A DNA stretch of 64,000 nt from Monocercomonoides exilis PA203 (lineage: Eukaryota > Protista > Preaxostyla). Of this stretch, positions 11,977 to 24,205 are shown piece after piece (the first letter of the stretch is position 1; every line of letters starts with the position of its first letter). Below the pieces are notes generated by a model, which made no database searches, had not been told where the DNA came from, and saw nothing but the letters and a program-made list of their open reading frames with translations. The stretch lies in the NCBI GenBank assembly GCA_001643675.2, contig LSRY02000010.1, positions 1,240,001-1,304,000 of the forward strand. Reading direction: 5' to 3'. Both the position numbers and the translations under genes were made by a program.

Positions 11977-12114
11977 CTAGTTGTTGTGTATGCTTAGCTA
12001 GCACTCTATCGGAAGGGTGCTGGACATGACTGTTCGTATTAGATATTGCAGCCTTCGGGCTGCAATATCCGGACCTGGATACGACGAACAGCCTCCCAGG
12101 TACACAATAGTTAG
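11977..12114 (+). ncRNA. Putative structured RNA (unclassified) immediately 3' of the transposase stop codon
   Basis: P1 11977-11990/12101-12114 (14 bp, 3 G.U); P2 11998-12007/12014-12023 (10 bp, 2 G.U); P3 12030-12037/12084-12091 (8 bp); P4 12042-12053/12058-12069 (12 bp perfect) closed by C(UUCG)G; possible pseudoknot CCTGG 12074-12078 with CCAGG 12096-12100. Locally GC-rich relative to its flanks. Confidence 0.7.
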
Positions 12115-12919
12115 AATCCGATTGTTTTCTTACTGTTTCTGTCCCTATAATGTCCCTATTTGCACTTGGTAATAGTCCCGAAATTTATTTATGTATATCT
12201 TAATAGAGATTCATTTTTTGATGGGTGTTGTGAAGAGTTTCAATGATTTTTGGATTGGATTTCAGGAAAGGAGAATAGCTGAGAGTGTGAAGTGATGTTT
12301 CATCACTGTGTCTGCCTTTTTTCTCTGTTGGATTTGATCTTTTTGAGTTAGGAAAAGAGAAATATCAGAAAGGGTGGAGTGGGTAGAAAACAAAGGATAA
12401 ACAGTCAAGTTTGTTTTTACACCTAAAGTATTTGTATTCTTTTGTGTTTTGAATTGACTATGATACCATGTATTTGTTGATATAGGAATGCTTTTTTTTG
12501 AATCTTTTATTGCTCATATGAATTGATATTGAATTGACTGTCGGGAAATGTTTTAATGATGATATAGTAAAAATATATTCCTTTGAGAGTGATGCAACAA
12601 AAAAAGAAACTTATATGTTGCTTTCAATATTTAAGCTGATTAATACAATGAAGTGCTGTTGTTATTTGTGTGTTATTTTGTTTTATGATTGTTATCGAAT
12701 TAACAATGAATTTATTTTTATGTTTTTCTCATCACTGAATATTCATCAACCGTTGTAGTTACTCAACAATGAAGATATTAATATCAAAACATTTATATAT
12801 TGAATAGAACAATAATTATAAACATGTTCATTCAAAAACAAAACATTTTTAAGTGTTAAATTTTTCAAAGATATTTTTCTCATTTGAAATGAAAATTCAA
12901 TGAAAAATAAAAAAACATA

Positions 12920-13730
12920 TTTTCACCTTTATTCAAACATTAAAAAAATCAAAACCAATTTCTGATGAAATGTTTGCATTAATAAAGCAATAATATTCAC
13001 AAATTAAATGAAACAAAAATAAAAAATTTTGAAAAATTTTTGAAATTTTTGATCATAAAAAATACAAATTATTATTAATGGCGCCATTAAGAATACCATG
13101 ATCTATTTTGCTCAATGTGAATAAATAACAATAATAAACATGTCTGATGCTTTTTTTGAAAATCTGTTAGTGGAAAAAGTTGGTAATAATTTGTTTTTTA
13201 ACATATTTTTTATTTGGGATGAAGTGTTGTGTGAAATGAATTGTTTCCCATGCACTGTCTTCGAAGATTTTTCTTATTTTTTTTCAGTCATTCTATATAT
13301 TTAATATGTGAGGACGTCTGACTTGTAATGACAAAGCTGTATAAAAGGTTTGTTACAAATCGTTGTTATTTTTCATTAATATAAGAATTTTGACCTATTT
13401 ATTTAGAAACTGGTAATTTTGTTTGGCACATAGACAATTTTTGATGAAACAAAGAGAAAGACTATTCAATGTGACTATATTAATTCTTGTTCATTTTTGA
13501 CATAGTTTGTTTTTATTATTAATTTGAAAATTTTATAAAATCCAGTCATTGTATTTCTATTAATGTGTGATTTGAAATTATTATCAAATTATCAATTTAA
13601 ATTTTATATTAGGAAGTGTGTCGGAAATATGAAATGTCACAGAACAAAATCATTGTGTGAAAGATTGGAAAGTGAAGAAAAGAACTTTATAAAGTATTGG
13701 ATAAGCTCCACAGACAAAACAAGAAAGAAA
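12920..13730 (+). repeat. Repeat module R, copy C
   Basis: Direct repeat of 4009-4584 and inverted repeat of 235-1042; palindrome at 13075-13090; ATG at 13140. Confidence 0.92.
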
Positions 13731-16700
13731 AAGAGGAGGAGGGAGTGGAAAAATACATGGGAAATAAGGATAATGCTGAACTGAAAGCTGTGATAGAAGG
13801 AAGCTTAGAGAAACTAAATGATGATGAGCAAGATGATTATTTCGAGAAAATGGTGAGAGAAAATGAGGAAAGAGTTCTATAAGGAGCAGAGGCAGAAAGC
13901 GCAAGAGTATATAGGAGAAGGGTGGAGTGAAGAAGGGAAGACGAGAAGAGAATTATTTTCTGGAATGAGAACAAAGACATGAAGACAAGCAAGGAGAAGT
14001 CTCAATTCAATGGCTGCGGGTTGAAAGACAGTGAAAGAAAGCGGAAACAATTCTAGAAGAAGAACATGGCATTCTATTTGGTGAAGTCGTGGAAAAGCGT
14101 GAAAAGGAATGGGAAGAAGCGTGTGGAGACATCTTGGTTCAGCCAGAATTCAAACATCACCCCGCTCTCTACTGAGAAACAAATGAAGAGGAAGATGAAA
14201 TCGATTGAAGCAGCGCAGAGCAGAAAAAGGAAGAGGAGAGGGAATATCTAAGAACATGCGGAGAATAATCTGGACAAAAGGAGAGAGGGTAATTATTAAG
14301 CTCATAAGGTGATGAAAGAGAAAGAGAAAAAGGAAAAAGAATTGAACATGAGAAATATTTATAGACAGAGAAAGATGGAACTTCAAAGAGAAAAGATGAT
14401 AGAATGATCCATTTGGAGACATAAGATGGAAGCAGAACATCTTTTGTTATTTAATACTTCCAAGAGTAACAATTGTCAGGAAATGTCGTTTCAGATGAAG
14501 AATTTTAATGCTCAATTGTTTAAAAGCAGGAAGCAGAAGCAGTAGGGGAGAATGCAATGAGGAAAAATGAAAGAGGAAATGAGCAATTTTGTGTCGAAGA
14601 AAAAGAGGAAGAAGAGAGATGGAAAAGCGAGCTGAGCTAGCTGAATTGCAGCAATTCTGAAGCATAGAAGTCAGCTTCGTTGAAAGGCAGGCATGCTCGT
14701 TACACGTATTCAGTGATTTCATCATCATCATCTTCTTTTTCCAGAGCAACAAAACGTTTTTCAGTGATCCAAAGGAAAAGACAAAATGACAGCGAAAAGG
14801 AAGAAATGCAGCAAGGATGACATGGTTCTGTTCCTAGAAGACGAAGATTATTCCTTCGGATCAAAGAACACAATTGCAAACAAAGCATTAAGCCCATCTA
14901 ATTCTCAATCACAGGCATCTGCTTCATCTTCCCCTCAGATTTCTTCGTTGATTTCTCCACAAAGTTCCAGCAAACACACAAAGGCTCCACAAAGCAGCAT
15001 TCATGCTTCATTGGAAGGGATGAAGAGGAGGAAAGAGGAGAAAAAGAATACAGTTTTTCTTTCGCCAAATTCGTTGCTGACACCAGAAAGAATACTGATT
15101 CTGATATCTATATGTCACATTGCGCTTTTTGATGACAAGTGGTTAGCGGAGAAAGTGAAAGATGGAATGAAGTGAAAGGAGCAATGAACGAAGGCGAGAA
15201 TGAAATTTGACGAAAGATTGAGGCGAATAAAAGAAAAGAAGCTGAGAGAAGAAAGAGAAAGAGAAGCAGAAAGAATTATAAGCTTGCCTTTTAATCAGCA
15301 AAATGCTATTAACACAACGTTAAATGGACCAAATCAGACTCTTCAGTCAACGCTCCAATCAACTAGATCAGCATCCTTCTCTTCTTCTCCTTCCTCCTCT
15401 TCTTTATCATCATCATAACCTTCTTCTCTATCCTCACAAATTCCATCTGATTTCTATCATATTGATAATGCTTCACATTCTTCATCACCATCACTTTCAC
15501 ATCCTTTTTCAAAGTTATCAATATCTCCTTCTTCCACCAATACTCCAACTTTCACAAATCAAATATTGTATCCAGTTTCTTCTTCGTCAATGTGCTTTCC
15601 TGAGCCAAAATTGTCGGCTATTCCAAGCCGCATCGAACGAGTTGAATTGGAGAAAGCGATACAGCAGAAAATGGAGAAGATGCAGAAGAAAGAGACAGAG
15701 AAGGAGAGAGAGGAGCTGCTGGAAGAAGAGCAAGAGAACTCAGAGAAAGAGCGGGAAAGGTTCGAAGACGAACGGAAGAAGGAACTGGAGCAGGCTGAGA
15801 AGAAGCGAAAGGCATTTGCCTCCTATCGGAAGAAGAAAAAGATTGAAAGTTACAAATCAAACTTTAAAAGTGTAACGAAGCAGAGGAATGTGTTTATGAA
15901 GGAGCATTTCGAATCGCCTCCAGTTGTTTGGATATTGAAGGCGCTGTCGATTCGAGATGATCTATCTTTTGATCGGCAGGCTGTTCAATTTGAAAGCTTC
16001 GCAGATGTGTTTCACAATAAAAGCACATTTTCAACTGCAGAAAAAGGAGAAGATGACAATTCGGAAAACTTATCTTTTTTGAAAGAACAACAAAAGAAGA
16101 AGATGAAGAAAAGAGTTGTATTTCAAAAGAACTGAAACATTCTGAGAAAATGCCAAGTTAAAGTGCGAATTTGTTTTTCATTATTCAATTTGCTAGCTTC
16201 TTCTTCTTCGTCTTTTTCTTCTTGTGCTGAAAAAACATATCACACACATTCATTGTCATCATCACTCACTAAAAATGATTGAGTTTCTTTGTTTTTCGCA
16301 TGTGTTCAAGAAATAATAATTGAAATATAGATGATGGTCATTTCTGAAGAAATGAAACAGATAATAATGCGAAAAAGATTTATAAGTTAATGATGAGTAT
16401 TAAGAGAAAGAGACGAAAAGAGTTGTTTTTACAATGAATGATGAATGGAAATCGGATTGAAAAAAATTGAAGAGATAAAAAAGAAAGAAGTTAACTGGAA
16501 AATGGGAGAAGCTGGAACAGAAGACGAAGAAGAGCCAGAACGTAATACTACTACTGAGAAAGGTGAAATTGTTATTTATTTGAATCATTCTGTCTGTGGA
16601 TTTTTCCTGATTTATAAAGAGATCAACAACGAAGAGAAGGGAAAGGCACTGATCATCCACGCAGTGAAGGGCATATCTATAAATGAGGAGCCATATGAAG

Positions 16701-18058
16701 AAAAAAGCTGGAATTCCTGTTAACCATCAGAGTGAAAAAAGGTTGAACATTCAGGCATATGACTGTATGTTGTTTCCATTTTGATAACAATAACTGATTG
16801 TAGCTGCCTTGTTATTGGCGAACAAACAGCTGTTGGGGGCACATGCTTCCTTTAACTGAGAAGACTGTGACTGCTGTGTTACTCTGGAAAATGATAAGAA
16901 GAAAATCCAATTTGCGAATGTATTCCTTTAAATTTTGTGTTTCAAATGTGGTTACTCGTATGTTCATTTCTGACCAGTTGCTGATAGAGCCTTGTGAATA
17001 CTGTGGATATTCTCTGTTTACCGAGCAGGCTTCAAGTGAAGCCGAGGTGCAATTATATAAGCACCACTGTTATGCACAAAATGTGGAAAGCTTTTTCAGA
17101 GCATCAGCAAAATTTGCGAGATCCGTTGGGTTTTTTTTTTTTGAAATGATAAAGCGTGTTGATGACGAGCTGGTTCAGCAAAATGGTCGTCGAAGAGAGT
17201 AGAACATGCTAAAGAAGCTGTCTGGCAGATTTTCTTTTCGAAAACAATGGAGCTTGGAGTTGAGGTTCAGATGCATCTCTGTTGGAGAAAAGAGTCAGGA
17301 GATAAAAGCAAGAGATCCGAAAAGGATGGAGAAGAGGGAAGACCGTGCAAAAGAGTTTGAATAATGTGAAAAGATGTGACAGAAATTGAGAAATTAACAT
17401 CAGCGAGCTGGCAGAGTTAAAGCCATCAAGAACAATATTTTTCTAAACAGATTTAATTCGAATGTTGGAAAGGCAACTCTGGTGGTTGATGTGTAGGACG
17501 GCTGTGGATGTGGGTCCCAAGTGGACAAGCGCGGAGCCGAACTGGCAGATAGAGAAGCATATATTTTGTCAGCAGAATATCAGCTTGGAACAGCAGAAGA
17601 TGATAAAGTGGAGGCGTGAGGTTGAAGTTGATGCACAACATTGCAACTCTTCGCTCACACCTCTGACAAGAGCAAGCTGGATATCGCCAGACTTATGAGA
17701 GCATAATGATTGTGAAGTTTGAAGATTTCAATACGAATTCTGCTCTGGGTTTGTAGAAAACAGCAAATGAGAGAAGCTTAAACACCTCAAAGGGATGAAA
17801 GCAAGAGGAATGCGAGTTTCGCAAAAGTGGATGGAGAATCGATGAGGATAAATGACTGTAACTAGGATGCTGAAGCGAAAGTGCAATGATCCAGATACCC
17901 ACTCCCTTTTTGCTGCCTCCGCAGTCACATATGAAAGGGGTTATTGGGAAGTTTGTGTTAAAAAGGAGCATCGAGCGAAAAGCGGATCAGCTGAAAGAGA
18001 AACAATGAAAGTGGGACTCAGTGAACAAGGAAGGCGATTCCTAAGAGGTGGAGAATAG
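13140..18058 (+). pseudogene. Long decayed, intron-containing gene or genes; Lys/Glu-rich coiled-coil with Cys/Trp-containing C-terminal segments; family unknown
   Basis: Chain of short same-strand ORFs (13697-13882, 14786-15175, 15566-16135, 16445-16723, 16843-17202, 17462-17698, 17852-18058) separated by stops and frameshifts; in-frame TGAs at 13658 and 13673. Confidence 0.5.
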
Positions 18059-18677
18059 TTAAAAAATAAAGCCAGCTGTTCATCAAAATATTTTGTTGTA
18101 TCTGAAACAGAAATATTTGTATTTCTATTTATTTATTCATAATTTCTTTGTATTTTTTTTCAATAGCTTTGATCAATTAATTTGAATAACTAATTTCCAG
18201 AATTATTAATTTAAAAACAATTATTAACAATAAACAATAGTTTATTCTACAAATATTATGTGTTTCCATCATATTTTTCAATGTTTATTATTGAAAATTG
18301 ATTGTTTTTATCTAAAGTTTTTTGATCTTCAATTTCAATTTCTAAAATACTTTGAAATGACATCATAAAACAAGTTTTTATATAAAAAATTGATTAATAA
18401 CGTATCGAAGTTATTATTATCATGTTTATAATACTAGATAACATTTATATTGTTCTGAATATTATTGTTTCGATATTTTCTGAAAATTTTTTATATATTT
18501 TTTTGAATATTTCACAAAAACAATTGAAAACAAATTTTATTTAGCAAATAATTAATAATAATTATTTATCAAGCAATATTTTTGCATTATCATCACTTTT
18601 ATTTTTCTTTTTTAACCAACCCTTAATGAAAAATTTTTTTGATCAAACGTCGGAATTTTTTATGATATCAAAAAAAA

Positions 18678-19277
18678 TCACCCATATGGAGATAGTTCAA
18701 AGAAGCCGAAATAGACGTTGTCAGTTTCGTTCCACATACAACACACATATCGCAGCCGCTGGACAGAGGCGTATTGGCAGTGTTAAAGTCGGAGCTTTCA
18801 AACAATTACAGCTCCCCATCATCTTCCTCCTCATCTGATAAAAGAACAGCCATCGCTGATGTGTCATCACAAGCACTTCACACAGCATCCACACCATTGG
18901 TGATCAAAAAAGCCTTCGTTAACAGCTGCATCCTCGGCAATGGATCTGGATAGGTTCTAATGAAGCTTCCTCAGTTTTCTCAATACTCCATTCCTTCTTA
19001 TTCACATTGTGTCGACTTCTTCGGAAATGAAATAACAAAAGAAAAGCTTCTTGATGAATGGGATGAATATAATGAAAAGCACAAGATGAAAATTGAAAAA
19101 GAAGAAGAAAAGGAAATTGAAGAAGAAGAATTGTCTTTGGAGAAAAAAGTGAAAAAAATATTCAGAAAAATTTAGAACGATGACGATGAAACAAGTGATG
19201 AATATGACCACTTTGAACATGAAAATGGAAAAAGAAAAGTCAGAAGAGTAATTGATTCTTGTTTCGTATTTTTATGA
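18678..19277 (+). mobile_element. 5'-truncated pogo/Tigger-type (DDE_1, Tc1/mariner superfamily) transposase remnant
   Basis: Frame from 18678 reads SPIWR*FKEAEIDVVSFVPHTTHISQPLDRGVLAVLK...IKKAFVNSCIL...FFGNEITKEKLL followed by an acidic tail. The PxHTTHxxQPLD motif (D at 18762) is typical of DDE_1. Stops at 18693, 18951 and 19173. Confidence 0.8.
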
Positions 19278-20347
19278 TGTGTTTTATCTTTTTTTCATCT
19301 CAAAAAATTTTGGTTCCAATAAAGAAAAAAGTGCCAATAAAAAGATGACACCATATATTTTTTATAAAAATATTTTATTAAACACTCAAAAGAAATGCAT
19401 TCCTTGCCATCGCTTTGTCAAAAATTATTCGTAAAAAATTTCGAACAAAAGTTTGATTTTAAAAAGAATGAACTATCTTGAATATTTCAAAATCTTTTTG
19501 TTTGCTTATTGAAAATTCAATATGGGTTATTCTTTTTGAAAAGTCGCAAATGTTTAATACCTGGATCATTTAGAATTGAATCTTTTTTGATTTTTGTTTG
19601 TATAAAAATCTTCAAAAATCTCTTAAATGCACTTATTCTCGCATCAATCAAGTTTAATTGTTCTAATTTGCAAAGTGATGAACAATGATGGATTTTTCAT
19701 TAAAAATGATCAATTAATGTCCAATTATGTTATACCCATTTATTAAACATTTGCGACTTATCAACAAGAATAATCCATATAATTCATCATTAACATGTTT
19801 CCCCAAAACCAATTGTTTAAATTGAAAGTGTTTGGAAATTTTTATATTTTTAGGAAGAATGACAGAAAAAAATAAATGCTGAACGAAAATTAAAAGAAAA
19901 CTAAGGCATTCAACTGAAAGACTTATAAACGAAAAATTTTGTTTTTTAACTCTATAAAACACATTTTGGACTGAAGCAATAATAAATCTGAATTAAAAAT
20001 TGAAACAAAATGAAATAAAATGTGTTTGCTTATCAATAAGCCAATTCTTTCAGAAATTGAATGGTTTTTTTATATTTCATAAGTCAAATTCATCTTTCTG
20101 AATATTCTTTCAATTTCTTAGAAATTTTTATTTTCAATCAAAGCAAAGCAGCTCAACGCAACGTGAAATCTCACAAAATACAATATTATTAAATAATGTT
20201 GAATGCAAAGAGAAAACGAAGAAATAAATAAATATAACAATGATTCACACACAAAATGTTTGAAATATTAAAAAAAAGGAAAGAAAGAGAAAAGGAAAGG
20301 AAAATCAAAAGTAAATATTAAATTTATGTAATATATCCTTTTTTATC

Positions 20348-22637
20348 TTATCTCCTATGATGGCTTTTCTGGTTTCTGCTTTGGAGATAGCTGAAAAACC
20401 TTGAGTTAACTGAAGACGACGATCCAATAGGAGACGATGATCGTGCAGCCATTGAAGAAGAAGAAGAAGATGATGATGATGATGAAATTTGTGATGAAGA
20501 AGGAAAAGTTGACTGTGAAAGAGCAGGAGACAGAGAGAGAGATGGGTGAGTGGAAGGTCTGAACAGCCCAGGGCGTGCATGCGGAGACAAGCCATATGAA
20601 AGTGCAGAGAACGAAGACTGCAACGAAGAAGATGTACCAGAAATAGCAGAAGGAGCAGAAGAAGCAACAGAAGAAGAAGAAGAAGATGATGATGATGATG
20701 ATGACGATGAAGAATTAGAAGGAGAAGGCTGCCGTATAAGAGAAGCTGTTCCTATTCTCCCTTTTCCTCCGAAGCTGCCAATTCCTGCACTGCTCATGTT
20801 TCCCACACTGCCACCACGCCGATGGAGTGTCTTTGGATGTGAAAGAGAGGACATGAAAAGAGAAGAGGAGGAGGAAGAAGAAGAAGAAGAGGAGGAGGAG
20901 GAGGAGGAGGAGGAAGGGAATGAAGAATCAGAAGAAGATGATAATGTTGTTGAGGGAGAAGAAGAAGAAGACGACGACGTAGAAGAAGGATATGATGTGA
21001 TTGAATGAAGTGGAGTGTTGGATGAAGTGCCTGAAGTGTTTGAAGTGCCAAGAGCGAAATGAGAAGAATGAGAAGAGAGCTGAGAAGAGAGAGAAGGAGA
21101 ACGATGATGTGATTGAAGATATAATGAAGAGGAGGAGGAGGAGGAAGAGGAAGAGGAAGAAGAAGAAGAAGAAGAGGAGGAGGAGGGAAAAGAAGAAGAG
21201 AAGGAAGAAGAAGAAGGTGAAGAAGAAGAGAAAGGAGAAGATGGTTTGAAATTACTTGTGAGTGAAGTGGATGATAATTGAGATGAAGATGGTGTTGTTG
21301 AAGAGGAAGAGAATGAAAAAGAAGAAGAAGAAGAAGAAGAAGAATTTGTTGGTTGAACAGAAGAAGAAGATGATGATAAAATTGAAGGAGCAAACAAAGA
21401 AGAAGAGTTTGAAATTGAAGGAGAAGGAGAAGAAGAAGCTAAAGAAGAAGTGGAAGAAGAAGATGATAATGAAACAGATGAAGGAGCAAACAATGAATGA
21501 GATGTTTTTGGTTGTGATTGAGAAGAAGAAGAAGAAGAAGGAAAAGAGGAAGAGGAAGAGGAAGAGGAAGAGGAGGAAGAAGAGTAAGAAGAAGAAGAGG
21601 AGGAGGAAGGTGAAGGAGTAGCAAAAGGAGAAGGAGAAGGAGAAATGCTATCAGATAGATCTGCTTTGGAGGAGGAAGAAGACAAAGAAGGATGAGAAGT
21701 TTGGAGATAAGGTGTCTTAAACTTGGGGAGAGAAGAAGAGGTTGTTGATAATGATGAAGAAAGTGATGCATTAAATGCAGAAGTTGTTGAAGAAACTAGC
21801 GAAGAAGAAGAAGAGGAGGAGGAGGAGGAAGAAGGAGAAAAGATTTTTGAAGAAGAAGAAGATGATGATGATGAATTAGAAGGATCAGATAAAGCATTGC
21901 TTGGCTGAGTGAAGGAATAAGGAAAGCGAAGAGGAGGATTTTGAATGGAAGATGTGGCTGTTGTATTTTTTGAGGAGTCAGAAAAGGAAGAAGAAGAAGA
22001 AGAAGAAGATGATGATGATGAAGGTGATGCAATAGTTGGTGAAGATGATGGAGTTGAGGAGGATGGGGAAGAGGAAGAAGGTGAAGAAGAAGAAGAAGAA
22101 TTGTTAAAATCTCTTGAAAGAGAAGAAAGAGATTCATTTGTTGATTTTGGAGGCAAAGAAGGAGAAATTTTGGGAGAAGAGGAAGTGAAGTTGTAAGGGA
22201 AAGGACGAGAAGAAGAAGAAGAAGAAGAAGAAGAAGAGGAGGAGGAGGAGGAGGGAGAAGAAAAGGAAGAGGAGGAGGAGGAAGGACGTAAAGAAGAAGA
22301 AGAAGATGAAGATGATGATGAAATAGAATCAGTAAAGCCATATGGGAAACTGGAAGAAGAAGAGGAGTAAGATGTTGAAGAAGAAGCAGCAGGAGAAGGG
22401 AAAGGGGAAGGAGAAAGAGAAGAAGAAGAATTTTGCAGTTGTTTTTCATTTGCTTCATCAGAAATTTCTGTTTTGCTGCTTTTGATGTTGTTTGAAGTCA
22501 ATTGTACTTCATTTGAAGCTGATGGTGCAGTTGAAGAAGAATCATTGATAGAAACAATTGATTGAGGATTTGAAGAGGAAGAAGAAGAAAGAGAAGGAGA
22601 AGAAGATAATGAAGAAGAAGAAGAAGAAGAAGAAGAA

Positions 22638-22673
<36 letters not shown>

Positions 22674-24107
22674 ATATCCAAAGCCAAAGAAAGAGAAGAA
22701 GAAGACAAATGAGAAGAAGACAAAGCAGGAGGAGAAGGAGCAGGAGAAGGTGGAACGGTATTCTTGTCAAGATATTGTGAAAGCTGTTGAGAGAAAGAAG
22801 AGGAAGAGGAAGAGGAAGAAGAAGAAGAAGAAGTTGGAGTGGTTGTAGAAGGAGGAGAAGAAGCAATTTGCGGTGTAGATATCGAAGATGATGGATATGA
22901 TTGCTTTTGTGAAGATGAAGATTTTCCAGTTGAAATAGAAGAAGAAGAAGAAGAGGAGGAGGAGGAAGAAGAAGAAGAAGAAGAAGAAGAAGAAATTGAA
23001 GAAGAAATTGAACCACTACCTCCAATTTTGTTCGTTTTGTTCAGATTTCCTTCTCCTTTGCTTCTGTTTGAACCTGCTCGGCTGGTAGAAGCAGAGCGGA
23101 ACACGCCATAACCAGAACTGACAACAGTTTTAGAGCCATATCTTGGTCTGGAAGGGGTGGAAGAAGAAGAAGAAGAAGAGGAGGAGGAAGAGGAAGAGGA
23201 AGAGGAAGAGGAAGAGGAAGAGGAAGAAGAAGAAGAAGAAGAAGAAGAAGAGGTGGAATTAGAGCGAGAATGGAGATAGCGAGGGTTGGAGTGGATGGAA
23301 GGGCGGACAATGCCATAGCCACTGGAATGGACGGAAGAGCTGGCAGAACGAGAGCGATTCCAGGGAGTGCTGAAGGAGGAGGTGAGAGAAGAAGAAGAGG
23401 AGGAGGAAGAGGAGGAGGAAGAAGAGGAAGAAGAGGAAGAAGAGGGACGGGAAGATAAAGTTGTGGAAAGAGAAGAAGAAGATATTGATGTTGAAGAATT
23501 TTGGTTGTTCGATTTGTCTGAAGAAGAAGAAGAAGAAGAAGAAGAAGAAGAAGAAGAAGAAGAAGAAGAAGAAGAAGAAGAAGAAGAAGAAGAAGAAGAA
23601 GAAGAAGAAGAAGAAGAAGAAGAAGAAGAAGAAGAAGAAGAATTTGTGGAAGCCGAAGAAGGAGGAAAAGTCAAAGTGGAAGGTTTAATCTGAACAACTT
23701 CTGTTTGAACAACAGGCTGTTGATTGCGAAGAATAGCTGAGGAAGAAGAAGAGGAAGAGGAGGAAGAAGAAGATGATGATGATGAATCATAAGGTGATAT
23801 AGCCTTCTTTGCCTCATCTGCACTTAATTCAGGTGAAATTGCTTTCAAATCCAAATTGCTTTCTCTATCTTCTTCTTTCTTCTCTTTCTCCTTCTCTTTC
23901 TCCTTCCCTCTATCTTTCTCTTTCTCTTTCTCTTTCTCTTTCTCCTTCTCCTTCGACAGCCACATCTGCGCAAAGGTGAGTGTGTGCTGAGAGGGTACAA
24001 AATGTCTTGGCGGCATCTGCTTCAGAGAAGAAGAGATGGTTGGCTCAAGGAATGAAGAATCGGGTCTGACCGTGGGGATGGTAAGGGGAATGGCAGAAGA
24101 GAAGGGA

Positions 24108-24145
<38 letters not shown>

Positions 24146-24173
24146 AAGAGGAGGTGTGATGGAAGATGAAGGC

Positions 24174-24205
<32 letters not shown>

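Noticed and set aside
12024-12095. SECIS, tRNA or known small ribozyme identity for the structured RNA
   Set aside because: ATGA is present but lacks the opposing GA quartet and apical AA; no cloverleaf; no CUGANGA/GAAA core or HDV nested-pseudoknot order.
8105-12200. Fanzor/TnpB nuclease
   Set aside because: No RuvC motifs or zinc ribbon of the TSxxCxxC / RDxNAAxN type found in any listed ORF.
8757-13675. Alternative genetic code explaining in-frame TAA/TGA
   Set aside because: Conserved host genes end in TAA, TAG and TGA and have no internal stops; interruptions are limited to decayed elements.
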